Source of the DNA: Bacteroidales bacterium
Lineage (GTDB): Bacteria; Bacteroidota; Bacteroidia; Bacteroidales; GCA-2748055
Length of the DNA stretch: 64,000 bases
Assembly: GCA_029210725.1 (NCBI GenBank)
Contig: JARGFM010000005.1
Coordinates: 89,805 to 153,804 of the forward strand
Reading direction: 5' to 3'
The first letter of the stretch is position 1. Every line of letters starts with the position of its first letter. The notes below the pieces were generated by a model that worked only from the letters and a program-made list of their open reading frames with translations, was not told where the DNA came from and did not search any database. This document shows, piece after piece, positions 37,386 through 46,051 of the stretch. The position numbers were made by a program, and so were the translations under genes.

Positions 37386-38703
37386 AGCTTTTTTTCTCTT
37401 TCCACAGCCTGCTGAGCCTCTTGAGCATCTCTTCCTCTCTCGGGTTCTGTCCCGGCTGGTAGAATTGTTTCATTTTCAGATCCTCCGGGAGATAATTCTC
37501 CCTTACAAAGTGATCTTCGTAATCGTGAGCATACTGGTAGTCTTTCCCGTAACCAAGCTCCTTCATCAGAGATGTCGGGGCATTCCTTAAATGGAGAGGC
37601 ACCGGAAGATCCCCCGATTGTTCTACCTGCCGCAGGGCTGCGTTAATGGCGGCATAGGCAGAATTACTCTTCGGAGATGCAGCCAGATAAATGCTGGTTT
37701 CCGATAAGATGATCCGGGCCTCAGGCATCCCGATCATATGCACGGCCTGAAAGCAGCTGGCAGCCATTAACAGCGCATTGGGATTGGCAAGTCCGATATC
37801 CTCAGAAGCCAGTATCACCAGCCTCCGGGCGATGAATTTCACATCCTCGCCACCAGCAAGCATCCGGGCCAGCCAGTAAACCGCTGCATCCGGATCACTG
37901 CCACGGATCGATTTGATAAATGCAGAGATAATATCATAGTGCATCTCGCCGCTCTTATCATAGATGGCCATGTTCTCCTGTAAGCGATCGGTGACTATCT
38001 CATCGGTGATCTCCAGAACATGCTCTTCGCTGAACTCTTCCCCGGAGCTTTCCGATTTAACCACCACCTCCAGGGTATTAAGCAGTTTCCTGGCATCTCC
38101 GCCAGAATACTTAAGCATGGCTTTGTTTTCCAGGATCACGATTTTCAGTTTCTTCAAATAAGGATCCTTATCCAGCGCTCTTTGGAGCAGGGTCTCCAGG
38201 TTCTCCCTGGATAGAGGATTCAGGATGTAGACCTGACAGCGGGAGAGCAGTGGAGAGATCACTTCAAAAGAAGGATTTTCGGTGGTAGCTCCAATTAAGG
38301 TAACTATGCCCTGCTCCACCGCACCCAGCAGGGAATCCTGCTGGGATTTTGAGAAACGGTGTATTTCATCGATAAACAGGACCGGATTCGGCTTATTGAA
38401 AAACTGGTTCTTCTTAGCCTTCTCTATGGTTTCCCTAACATCCTTAACGCCAGACTGAACGGCACTCAAGCTGTAAAAAGGACGATCCAGCTGTTTGGAG
38501 ATTATACTGGCCAGAGTAGTTTTTCCCACACCAGGAGGTCCCCAAAGAATAAATGAACTGAGCGAACCCGAGAGCACCATTTTGCGTATAACTGCATTAG
38601 AGCCCACCAGATGTTCCTGTCCGATGTAGTCGTCCAGTCTGTTTGGACGCATTCGATCGGCAAGGGGCTGGTTGGGAAACTGAAACGCAGGAGACATATG
38701 CAA
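37372..38703 (-). CDS. rarA: Replication-associated recombination protein A (AAA+ ATPase)
   Basis: 443 aa with Walker A GPPGVGKTTLA, FIDEIHRF, the MgsA C-terminal domain (AVYWLARML) and HLRNAPT. Confidence 0.92.
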   Translation of the reverse strand: MHMSPAFQFPNQPLADRMRPNRLDDYIGQEHLVGSNAVIRKMVLSGSLSSFILWGPPGVGKTTLASIISKQLDRPFYSLSAVQSGVKDVRETIEKAKKNQFFNKPNPVLFIDEIHRFSKSQQDSLLGAVEQGIVTLIGATTENPSFEVISPLLSRCQVYILNPLSRENLETLLQRALDKDPYLKKLKIVILENKAMLKYSGGDARKLLNTLEVVVKSESSGEEFSEEHVLEITDEIVTDRLQENMAIYDKSGEMHYDIISAFIKSIRGSDPDAAVYWLARMLAGGEDVKFIARRLVILASEDIGLANPNALLMAASCFQAVHMIGMPEARIILSETSIYLAASPKSNSAYAAINAALRQVEQSGDLPVPLHLRNAPTSLMKELGYGKDYQYAHDYEDHFVRENYLPEDLKMKQFYQPGQNPREEEMLKRLSRLWKEKKSYDNK

Positions 38704-38744
38704 ATTTAGTTTTTTTTATTTTTGACGCGAAAGTAAAGCAGAAT

Positions 38745-39851
38745 ATGATGAAACGAATCAACAGACAATGCCGGATATGGATGGCAATTATTTTAGGAGC
38801 TTTATGGAACCCCCTTTTGTCGCAGCCCCTCTCCCTGGATTTCATCTACGGGGGCGTTGAAGATGCGGAGATTATCCTGCAGGAGTACCTGAAACCCTAT
38901 GCCAACATACTGGGATCGGACCTGAATGCCGGATGGTACAATACAGCCAGGCCGCATAAGCTCGGAGGCCTGGATGTAACCGCCACGGTAAGCTGGGCCA
39001 AAGCACCGGCTTCAGCCCTCTCCTATGACCTGGGAGTCCTGGACCTGAATGGAACCGTGGATCCAAATCCGGGCACCATGGCTCCGACAATTGCAGGCGA
39101 ACAGGAAGAGCGTCCCCGGATTTCATACAGCGAGGTGCTCGACCTGGGTGGAGGAAATATCGAGGAGATCGAGTATTCCAGCTTCAGGGTGCCCGATGGT
39201 GCGGGAGTTGATTTTATTCCGCTTCCCATGGCGCAACTGACTGTTGGGCTTCCCTTTGGAACGGATGTTTCGGCCCGTTTTGTGCCCAACATAGGCTATA
39301 AGGATTACGGAGAGATCGGTCTGTGGGGAGTGGGAGGGAAACACTCCATCTCCCAGTGGCTCCCTTTTATAAACAAACTTAAATTCCTCGATATCTCGGT
39401 GCAGGGTGGCTATACAAAAGTGACCTCATCGGTTCATGTGGTGGTCGAACCCCAGTCCATTGTAGAGGTGGATAACTACCCCGATTTTGACTGGGACGAC
39501 CAGTTTTTAACCCAGAAAGTGGAAGGGTGGACCGTTAACCTGATTGCCTCGCAGACCCTTCCCATTATCTCTTTCTACCAGGGCATTGGCTATGCCAGCT
39601 CCAGCGTGGATTTACTGATGGAGGGTCACTATCCCATCCATTCGGTCATCCTCGATGAGTCCAGTCCCGATTTCGGAAGAGTTACTTACGAAATACTGGA
39701 AAACCCTATTGAAACCCACTATAAAAACTTCAACAACCTGCGAATGAATGTGGGAGCCAGGATTAAACTGGGTGTGCTGACTTTACATTACGATTTTACC
39801 TATACCCTCTATGCCACCCAGTCGGTGGGAGTCGGAATCAGTTTCAGATAA
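38745..39851 (+). CDS. Putative outer-membrane beta-barrel protein, uncharacterised family
   Basis: The likely start is MMKRINRQCRIWMAIILGALWNPLLSQ (signal peptide). Amphipathic strands alternate, and the C-terminus is VGVGISFR. A TAnnTTTG-type box (tatttttg) lies about 20 nt upstream. Confidence 0.6.
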   Translation: MMKRINRQCRIWMAIILGALWNPLLSQPLSLDFIYGGVEDAEIILQEYLKPYANILGSDLNAGWYNTARPHKLGGLDVTATVSWAKAPASALSYDLGVLDLNGTVDPNPGTMAPTIAGEQEERPRISYSEVLDLGGGNIEEIEYSSFRVPDGAGVDFIPLPMAQLTVGLPFGTDVSARFVPNIGYKDYGEIGLWGVGGKHSISQWLPFINKLKFLDISVQGGYTKVTSSVHVVVEPQSIVEVDNYPDFDWDDQFLTQKVEGWTVNLIASQTLPIISFYQGIGYASSSVDLLMEGHYPIHSVILDESSPDFGRVTYEILENPIETHYKNFNNLRMNVGARIKLGVLTLHYDFTYTLYATQSVGVGISFR

Positions 39852-41453
39852 TCAGAAGCCGTTCAGGTCCATGGTGACCGTTGGGATCAGCAGGAGCCAA
39901 CCCAGCACAATCAGGATGGCCATAAAAGGCAGGACCCATTTGAGCCACTTTTCATAGGGAATCTTAGCCACTCCCAGTACACCGATTAATACCGGAGAGG
40001 TGGGAGTGATCATGTTGGTGAAACCATCGCCCAGTTGAAAAGCCATTACGGTGGCCTGGCGGGACACTCCGATCAGGTCGGAAAACTGGGACATGATGGG
40101 CATGGTCAGTGCCGCCTTTGCAGATCCGCTGGGTATCACGATATTGATCAGGGTCTGGATCATATACATCATACTCACCGATGCCAGTCTTCCAAATTCC
40201 TGCATGGAGCGGGCGATATTATACAGCATGGAATCAATCACCTTCCCGTCCTCAAGTATGACCAGAATCCCTCCCGCAAGTCCGACTACCACTGCAGCTG
40301 AGAGAATATCGCGCATCCCCTCAATAAACAGTTTTGTAATCTGATTCGCACTTTTGTTCATAGCCATTCCCGAAAAAATACCCATCACCAGGAACAGGGT
40401 GGCAATTTCCTTTACGAACCAGCCATAGCCCATTACCCCTACGATCAGGTAAAAAATAGTAAAGAGCAGCATATTCAATATAAAGAAATGAACCGATTTA
40501 CGGAGGGTCAGAATCCCTGAAACAGCAAACAGGCCGGCGAAAACAGGAAGAAACACAAAGGTATATTCCCTGTTGCCAATCCGCAGGGTGGACTGGGGTT
40601 CCAGGATGGCAAAGACCGTCATGCCGGCCAGCAGAACGATAAATGTGATCCAGGCCATGATGGGAGTATGGTATTCCATTTGTTCCAGATCAACTCCTTT
40701 TTTTTCCCTCCAGTAGCTGTCTGTTTCATAAACGTGGGAGGCTTCGGGTCTCTTCCTGATCCGCGCTGCGTAACGCAACACCCAGGCTATTCCTGTGAAA
40801 TTTATGGCGAACCAGACAAAAAGTCTGTATTCAATTCCTGAAAAAAGAGGCAGGCTTGAAAGTCCCTGAGCGATGCCTATGGTAAAGGGATTCAGCAATG
40901 CTCCGGCAAATCCCAGCCCGGCTCCCACGAAGCACATGCTTAAACCAACAATGGAGTCGTAACCCATTGAAATAGAGAGGGGTACAAAAATGATTATAAA
41001 GGCAATAGTCTCTTCACTCATTCCAAAAGTTGCTCCAAAAATACTGAATATCAGCATAATCAGAGTGATGATCAGATTATCAACCCCCAGCCACCTGAAA
41101 AAGCTCCTCCGCTCCAGTCGCCTGCTTCGCTTCAGGAAGGACTGTATGCCTACGTCGATGGCTTTGCTGTCATTCATGATCCAGAAAGCCCCTCCAATGA
41201 TCAGAATAAAAACAATGATATCCGCTTTACCGGCAAATCCGTCAAACAGAGCGCTGAATACCTGCCAGGTCTGGGGATGTTTCTCGGCTTCATGGAACGA
41301 TCCTTCCACAATAACCTCCCGCATGGTTCCATTGACATTCACGTTTTCCCTTTCAAACTCGCCTCCCGGTAAGATCCAGGTTGACAATGCAGCTGCCGCG
41401 ATAAAGGCAAATACAATCACGTAAGTATGAGGGATCACTTTTTTTCTGGCCAT
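39852..41453 (-). CDS. YfcC family (DcuC-like anaerobic C4-dicarboxylate/basic amino acid) membrane transporter
   Basis: The start MARKKVIPHTYVIVFAFIAAAALSTWILPGGEF is typical of YfcC. More than 10 TM helices. Confidence 0.75.
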   Translation of the reverse strand: MARKKVIPHTYVIVFAFIAAAALSTWILPGGEFERENVNVNGTMREVIVEGSFHEAEKHPQTWQVFSALFDGFAGKADIIVFILIIGGAFWIMNDSKAIDVGIQSFLKRSRRLERRSFFRWLGVDNLIITLIMLIFSIFGATFGMSEETIAFIIIFVPLSISMGYDSIVGLSMCFVGAGLGFAGALLNPFTIGIAQGLSSLPLFSGIEYRLFVWFAINFTGIAWVLRYAARIRKRPEASHVYETDSYWREKKGVDLEQMEYHTPIMAWITFIVLLAGMTVFAILEPQSTLRIGNREYTFVFLPVFAGLFAVSGILTLRKSVHFFILNMLLFTIFYLIVGVMGYGWFVKEIATLFLVMGIFSGMAMNKSANQITKLFIEGMRDILSAAVVVGLAGGILVILEDGKVIDSMLYNIARSMQEFGRLASVSMMYMIQTLINIVIPSGSAKAALTMPIMSQFSDLIGVSRQATVMAFQLGDGFTNMITPTSPVLIGVLGVAKIPYEKWLKWVLPFMAILIVLGWLLLIPTVTMDLNGF

Positions 41454-41539
41454 AAGCGCCTGTTTTAAGTTTACAAATATCAATGAAAATTTCGAAGGGA
41501 ATAAAATTTCTTAAATTTATCCACCATAATTCTTGTCCT

Positions 41540-43816
41540 ATGCTCCTGTTTCGCATCCTTTCCATACTTCTTCTGCTTATTACATACGCTCAGTTACCGG
41601 CTGCAGACCAGGATCTGCGCGACAGCCTGAAAGCCGCCCTCGAAGCTGATATAGCTGACTCGACCCGCTCCAGGCTTCTGTTTGAGCTGGCTGAAGAGGT
41701 GGGAGCGGCAGATACCCTGCTTTCATTTTCCTGCCTGGAAAAAGGCAGGGCGATTGCCGAAGAACTCGGGGATGTTGAAGGATTGGGAGTCTATTATAAA
41801 ACACTCGGGAAGATAAAATCAAGGAGCGGACTCTATGATCAGGCCCTCCTGATCTACGATCGGGCCCTGGCCTGTTTCAATGAAGCCGGAGATCAGTTGA
41901 GTTACTTCGAGATGGTCAAAGAGATAGGGAATGTCCATCTGTTCCGGTCGGAATTTACAGAGGCCATGAACCACTATCAGACAGCCCTGGATTACTACAA
42001 AAGAAAGAATCATCAAATCGGAATCAGCCGCTGCCTGAACAATATGGGAATCATATACAAGAACAGAGGTAATTATGTGGAGGCTCTTTCGGTATACCAG
42101 GAGTCCGTGGTTTACCTGGATTCTGTTCGCAACGCTTATGACATTTCCCAGGCATATATCAATATGGGCAACCTCTTTGTTTATCTGGGCAGCTACAATC
42201 AGGCCCTGGAATACTTCAATAAAGCCCTGGAGATTGCGATCCGTCATAATCAACAGCATAATATTTCTCTTTGCCTGGCAAATTCTGGAGTTGTGCAGAA
42301 CAAACTGGGCAACTATGAAGAAGCGCTGAACCTTTACCAGCGTTCCCTGAAAGTCAGCAACTTGCTTAATGACCCGGTTCAGATATCAAACTGCCTGATT
42401 AACATTGGAACCAACTATGCGGAAATGGGGGAAGCAGAAAGGGGACTAGAATACGTTCAGCAGGGAATGGACATAAAAACCGAATTGGGAGATCAGAGAG
42501 CTATTTCCAACTGCTACATCCATCTGGCTGATATCCGCACTGTCATGGCTGAGCATGACGAAGCCATAGTACTGTTTAACAGGGCGATCCCGGCAAAACA
42601 GGAGCTGAAAGACCAGGATGGTCTTATCAGGTGCTACCTGGGGCTTGGATTTAGTGCGCTGAAACAGGGACAGTTTGGCGAGTCGGCCAGGATGACCGAT
42701 ATGGCCCTGGAAATTGCTGAAAAGATCGGAGCGATGGAGTATATCGCCAAGGGCTATCAAATCAAAAAAGATATCGCTGTTGAACAGGGTGATTACAAGT
42801 CGGCCTACCAGTTTGCCATTGCCCATCACAGCTATAATGACAGCCTGATTGATGAAGCCAGTTCCAAAGCCGCTATGGAGATGGAGTTCAGAATGCGTTC
42901 GAGAGTGCTTCAGCAGGAGAATGAAAACCTGAGGATACAATCTAACCTCGACCAGGCTCTGGTCCGTAAAAGAACCACTGTATTTTACTCCATTCTGATC
43001 GTTGCCTCTGTACTTTTGCTTGGATTTTTACTTGTCCTGTACTTCATGCGTCGAAACAGGAAAACTTCGCGCAAACTGGAAGAAAAGAACCTGGTCATTA
43101 CCAGGCAGAACCTGAAACTGGACCAGATAAACAAGACCAAGGACAGAATGATGTCGATTATTGCTCATGACCTCCGGGGAACCATCGGGAACCAGCTGAC
43201 CACGGTGGAGGTGCTGAACCGGATAGAAGGGGAAAAAAAAGTGGAGATTAACCGGAAACGCCTGCTGGGAAACCTGAAAAATTCCGCCTCTTACTCCCTG
43301 GAATTGCTGGAGAACCTCCTGCACTGGTCATGCATTGAAGAAGGGGCATCCAATTACCACCCGGAAGAGGTAAAACTCAATACGCTGGTCAGCAATGTCC
43401 TTTCCCTTTACAGCGAAAGCGCCCAAAACAAGGATCTCGAATTTTCCAGGGAGTTGGATGGGATCATTAGCTGTTATGTCGACAGGATCATGATGGAAAC
43501 CATTTATAGAAATCTGATTTCCAATGCCATTAAGTTTTCCAGGCCGGGAGGGAGAATTACCGTCGGACTTAAAAGGGTGGATGGCATGACTTACTTCCGG
43601 GTAAGCGATCAGGGCACAGGAATGAGTGAGGAGGATGTTCGGAAGGTTCTCTCTAATGGTGGCGTTTCGCGCCGGGGGACTGCCAATGAAAAGGGAGCGG
43701 GCATGGGCCTGATCCTGGTCCAGGAATTTACAAAAATTCACCATGGAAAGCTGAACATAAGCAGTGAAGCCAATAAAGGCTCCACCTTCGAAGTTGTAAT
43801 TCCCTGCATAAATTGA
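41540..43816 (+). CDS. TPR-containing sensor histidine kinase
   Basis: The layout is signal/TM, then about 8 TPR units (NMGIIYKNRGNYVEAL and similar), a TM, and HisKA (SIIAHDLRG) plus HATPase_c (SDQGTGMS, GAGMGL). Confidence 0.88.
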   Translation: MLLFRILSILLLLITYAQLPAADQDLRDSLKAALEADIADSTRSRLLFELAEEVGAADTLLSFSCLEKGRAIAEELGDVEGLGVYYKTLGKIKSRSGLYDQALLIYDRALACFNEAGDQLSYFEMVKEIGNVHLFRSEFTEAMNHYQTALDYYKRKNHQIGISRCLNNMGIIYKNRGNYVEALSVYQESVVYLDSVRNAYDISQAYINMGNLFVYLGSYNQALEYFNKALEIAIRHNQQHNISLCLANSGVVQNKLGNYEEALNLYQRSLKVSNLLNDPVQISNCLINIGTNYAEMGEAERGLEYVQQGMDIKTELGDQRAISNCYIHLADIRTVMAEHDEAIVLFNRAIPAKQELKDQDGLIRCYLGLGFSALKQGQFGESARMTDMALEIAEKIGAMEYIAKGYQIKKDIAVEQGDYKSAYQFAIAHHSYNDSLIDEASSKAAMEMEFRMRSRVLQQENENLRIQSNLDQALVRKRTTVFYSILIVASVLLLGFLLVLYFMRRNRKTSRKLEEKNLVITRQNLKLDQINKTKDRMMSIIAHDLRGTIGNQLTTVEVLNRIEGEKKVEINRKRLLGNLKNSASYSLELLENLLHWSCIEEGASNYHPEEVKLNTLVSNVLSLYSESAQNKDLEFSRELDGIISCYVDRIMMETIYRNLISNAIKFSRPGGRITVGLKRVDGMTYFRVSDQGTGMSEEDVRKVLSNGGVSRRGTANEKGAGMGLILVQEFTKIHHGKLNISSEANKGSTFEVVIPCIN

Positions 43817-43843
43817 CTATTTTTGCCAGGCAAGGAGCTCTGC

Positions 43844-46051
43844 ATGGATATCATTGAAACATATTCCTTAACTCTTCGGAAGGAAATTCTTTCGCACTAC
43901 AGGAGACTGATGCGGGCATGTGTCAGTGAATATGATAAAAAGTCTCTGGCGCTGATCAAAAGATCTTTTGAGTTTCTGCTCTCCCATAGCAGTGAAAAGT
44001 ATCAATACAAAGGGATTTACCTGCTTAAGTTTTCAGCGGGAATGGCTCAGATGACCGTCAAAGAACTCGGTCTGGATGCCATCGGGGTCTCTGCGGCACT
44101 CTTGCTGCATGCTGTGGAATTGAACCAGGTATCCCTGGAGGAGCTTGCTTCCGGCGTGGGAAAAAGGACGGCCACCGTGATCGACGAGGTATTGAAAATC
44201 AGCAAGCTGGACACCACCACCAACCAGGGACAGGCCGAAAATATGCGGAACCTGATTCTGACCCTGGCCACAGACTTCCGAGTGATTCTCCTGAAAATCG
44301 CGGAAAGGCTGTACCTGATGCGGCAGATGGAAATCCTGAATGAAAAGGAGCAGATCGAGCTTTCCTGTGAATCGCGGTTTATTTATTCTCCTCTTTCTCA
44401 CAGGCTGGGGCTGTATAACGTGATGTCGGAAATGGAAGATATTTCCATGAGCATCCTTGAAAAGGAGGCATACGATTCCATTTCCCGAAAACTGAAAGCA
44501 TCCACCCAGCGCAGGAACCGCTTTATCCGTGAATTTATTCAACCCCTGAAAGAGGACCTGGACCGGGAGAAATTCAAGGTGGAAATTAAAGGAAGGCCCA
44601 AAGCCATCTCCTCTATCTGGCGAAAAATGCGGAAGCAGAAGGTGGAATTTGAAGAGGTCTATGATAAGTTTGCCATACGGGTCATTATCGACACCCCTCT
44701 TAAAAAGGAGAAAGCCGATTGCTGGCGGGTTTACAGCATAATCACGGACCACTATCAGCCCAATCCGGAACGTTTGCGCGACTGGATATCTGCTCCCAAG
44801 TCCAATGGATATGAATCTCTTCATACCACTGTGGTGGTTCCGGGAGGAGAATGGGTGGAGGTGCAGATCAGAACTGCCCGTATGAATGAGATTGCAGAGA
44901 AGGGACTGGCTGCTCACTGGAAATATAAAGGCATTAAGGGCCAGGCCGGCATAGACCAGTGGATCGGGCGGGTCCGGGAGACTCTTGAGAACTCGGAACT
45001 AGACCCCTCCAATCTTATGGAGGATTTGCAGTTGAGTCAGTTCAGTAAGGAAATATTTGTATTCACCCCCCACGGAGATCTGAAAAAATTTCCGGAGAAC
45101 GCCACGGTACTGGACTTTGCATTTGATATTCATACAGATGTGGGAGCCTCCTGTGTGGGAGCCCGGGTCAATAATAAGAATGTGCCCATCCGCTATCGCT
45201 TGAAAAACGGAGATAAGGTGGAGATCCTGCGCTCCAAAAACCAGAAACCAAAAATGGACTGGCTCAATGTGGTGGTTACCTCCAAAGCCAAAGGGAAAAT
45301 TAAAGTAGCCCTTAAAGAGGAGAAACTGAAAGAGGCGGAACACGGTAAGGAGATCCTTAAAAGAAGATTCAGGAACTGGAAGGTTGAATTTAACGACAGC
45401 AGTATCCGTAAGGTGATCAAGCATTTTAAGTACCGGGATGCCATAGACCTCTATTTTGATGTGGCCACCGACCGGATTGAACTTCGTCAGATTAAGGAAT
45501 TGCTTACAAGCGTTGAGAAAGCAGCTGAAATCAGACCTGAAAAGATTGAAGAGGAGGCGCTGGATCGCTTGGCTAAGACAGCCTCCATAAATTCCGGAGA
45601 TTTCCTGGTAATCGATGATAAGTTGTCCAATGTGGAGTATAAACTGGCCCCCTGCTGCAATCCCATACTGGGGGATGCCATTTTTGGCTTTGTAACCATC
45701 AGTTCAGGGATCACCATCCACCGGACCAACTGTCCCAATGCACAACAAATGCTCTCGCGCTATGGATACAGAGTCGTGAAAGCCCGCTGGAATAACAGTG
45801 AGAAAGGGGCTTTTTTCCCGGTGACCCTCCTGATTACCGGATTGGATGAGCTGGGAATCGTCAGCAATATTTCAGATGTAATCTCCAGGGACCTCCAGGT
45901 AAATATGCGTTCCATCTCCATTGATTCTAATGACGGGATGTTCGAAGGGAGTATCACCCTGCAGGTAAAAGACACCCGGCACCTGGAAGCTCTTGTTCGT
46001 AAATTGAAAAAAGTGAAGGGAATCCTGAATATCAAAAGGCTGGATGCTTAA
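43844..46051 (+). CDS. relA: RelA/SpoT-homologue long RSH; synthetase motifs intact, hydrolase HD motifs degenerate (RelA-like)
   Basis: Synthetase motifs: GRPKAISSIWRKM, FAIRVII, YESLHTTV, EVQIRT and AAHWKYK, followed by TGS and C-terminal ACT-like domains. The canonical hydrolase residues are replaced: LLHAVELN instead of LHDxxED, and AERLYLMRQ instead of ADRLHNMRT. Confidence 0.85.
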   Translation: MDIIETYSLTLRKEILSHYRRLMRACVSEYDKKSLALIKRSFEFLLSHSSEKYQYKGIYLLKFSAGMAQMTVKELGLDAIGVSAALLLHAVELNQVSLEELASGVGKRTATVIDEVLKISKLDTTTNQGQAENMRNLILTLATDFRVILLKIAERLYLMRQMEILNEKEQIELSCESRFIYSPLSHRLGLYNVMSEMEDISMSILEKEAYDSISRKLKASTQRRNRFIREFIQPLKEDLDREKFKVEIKGRPKAISSIWRKMRKQKVEFEEVYDKFAIRVIIDTPLKKEKADCWRVYSIITDHYQPNPERLRDWISAPKSNGYESLHTTVVVPGGEWVEVQIRTARMNEIAEKGLAAHWKYKGIKGQAGIDQWIGRVRETLENSELDPSNLMEDLQLSQFSKEIFVFTPHGDLKKFPENATVLDFAFDIHTDVGASCVGARVNNKNVPIRYRLKNGDKVEILRSKNQKPKMDWLNVVVTSKAKGKIKVALKEEKLKEAEHGKEILKRRFRNWKVEFNDSSIRKVIKHFKYRDAIDLYFDVATDRIELRQIKELLTSVEKAAEIRPEKIEEEALDRLAKTASINSGDFLVIDDKLSNVEYKLAPCCNPILGDAIFGFVTISSGITIHRTNCPNAQQMLSRYGYRVVKARWNNSEKGAFFPVTLLITGLDELGIVSNISDVISRDLQVNMRSISIDSNDGMFEGSITLQVKDTRHLEALVRKLKKVKGILNIKRLDA

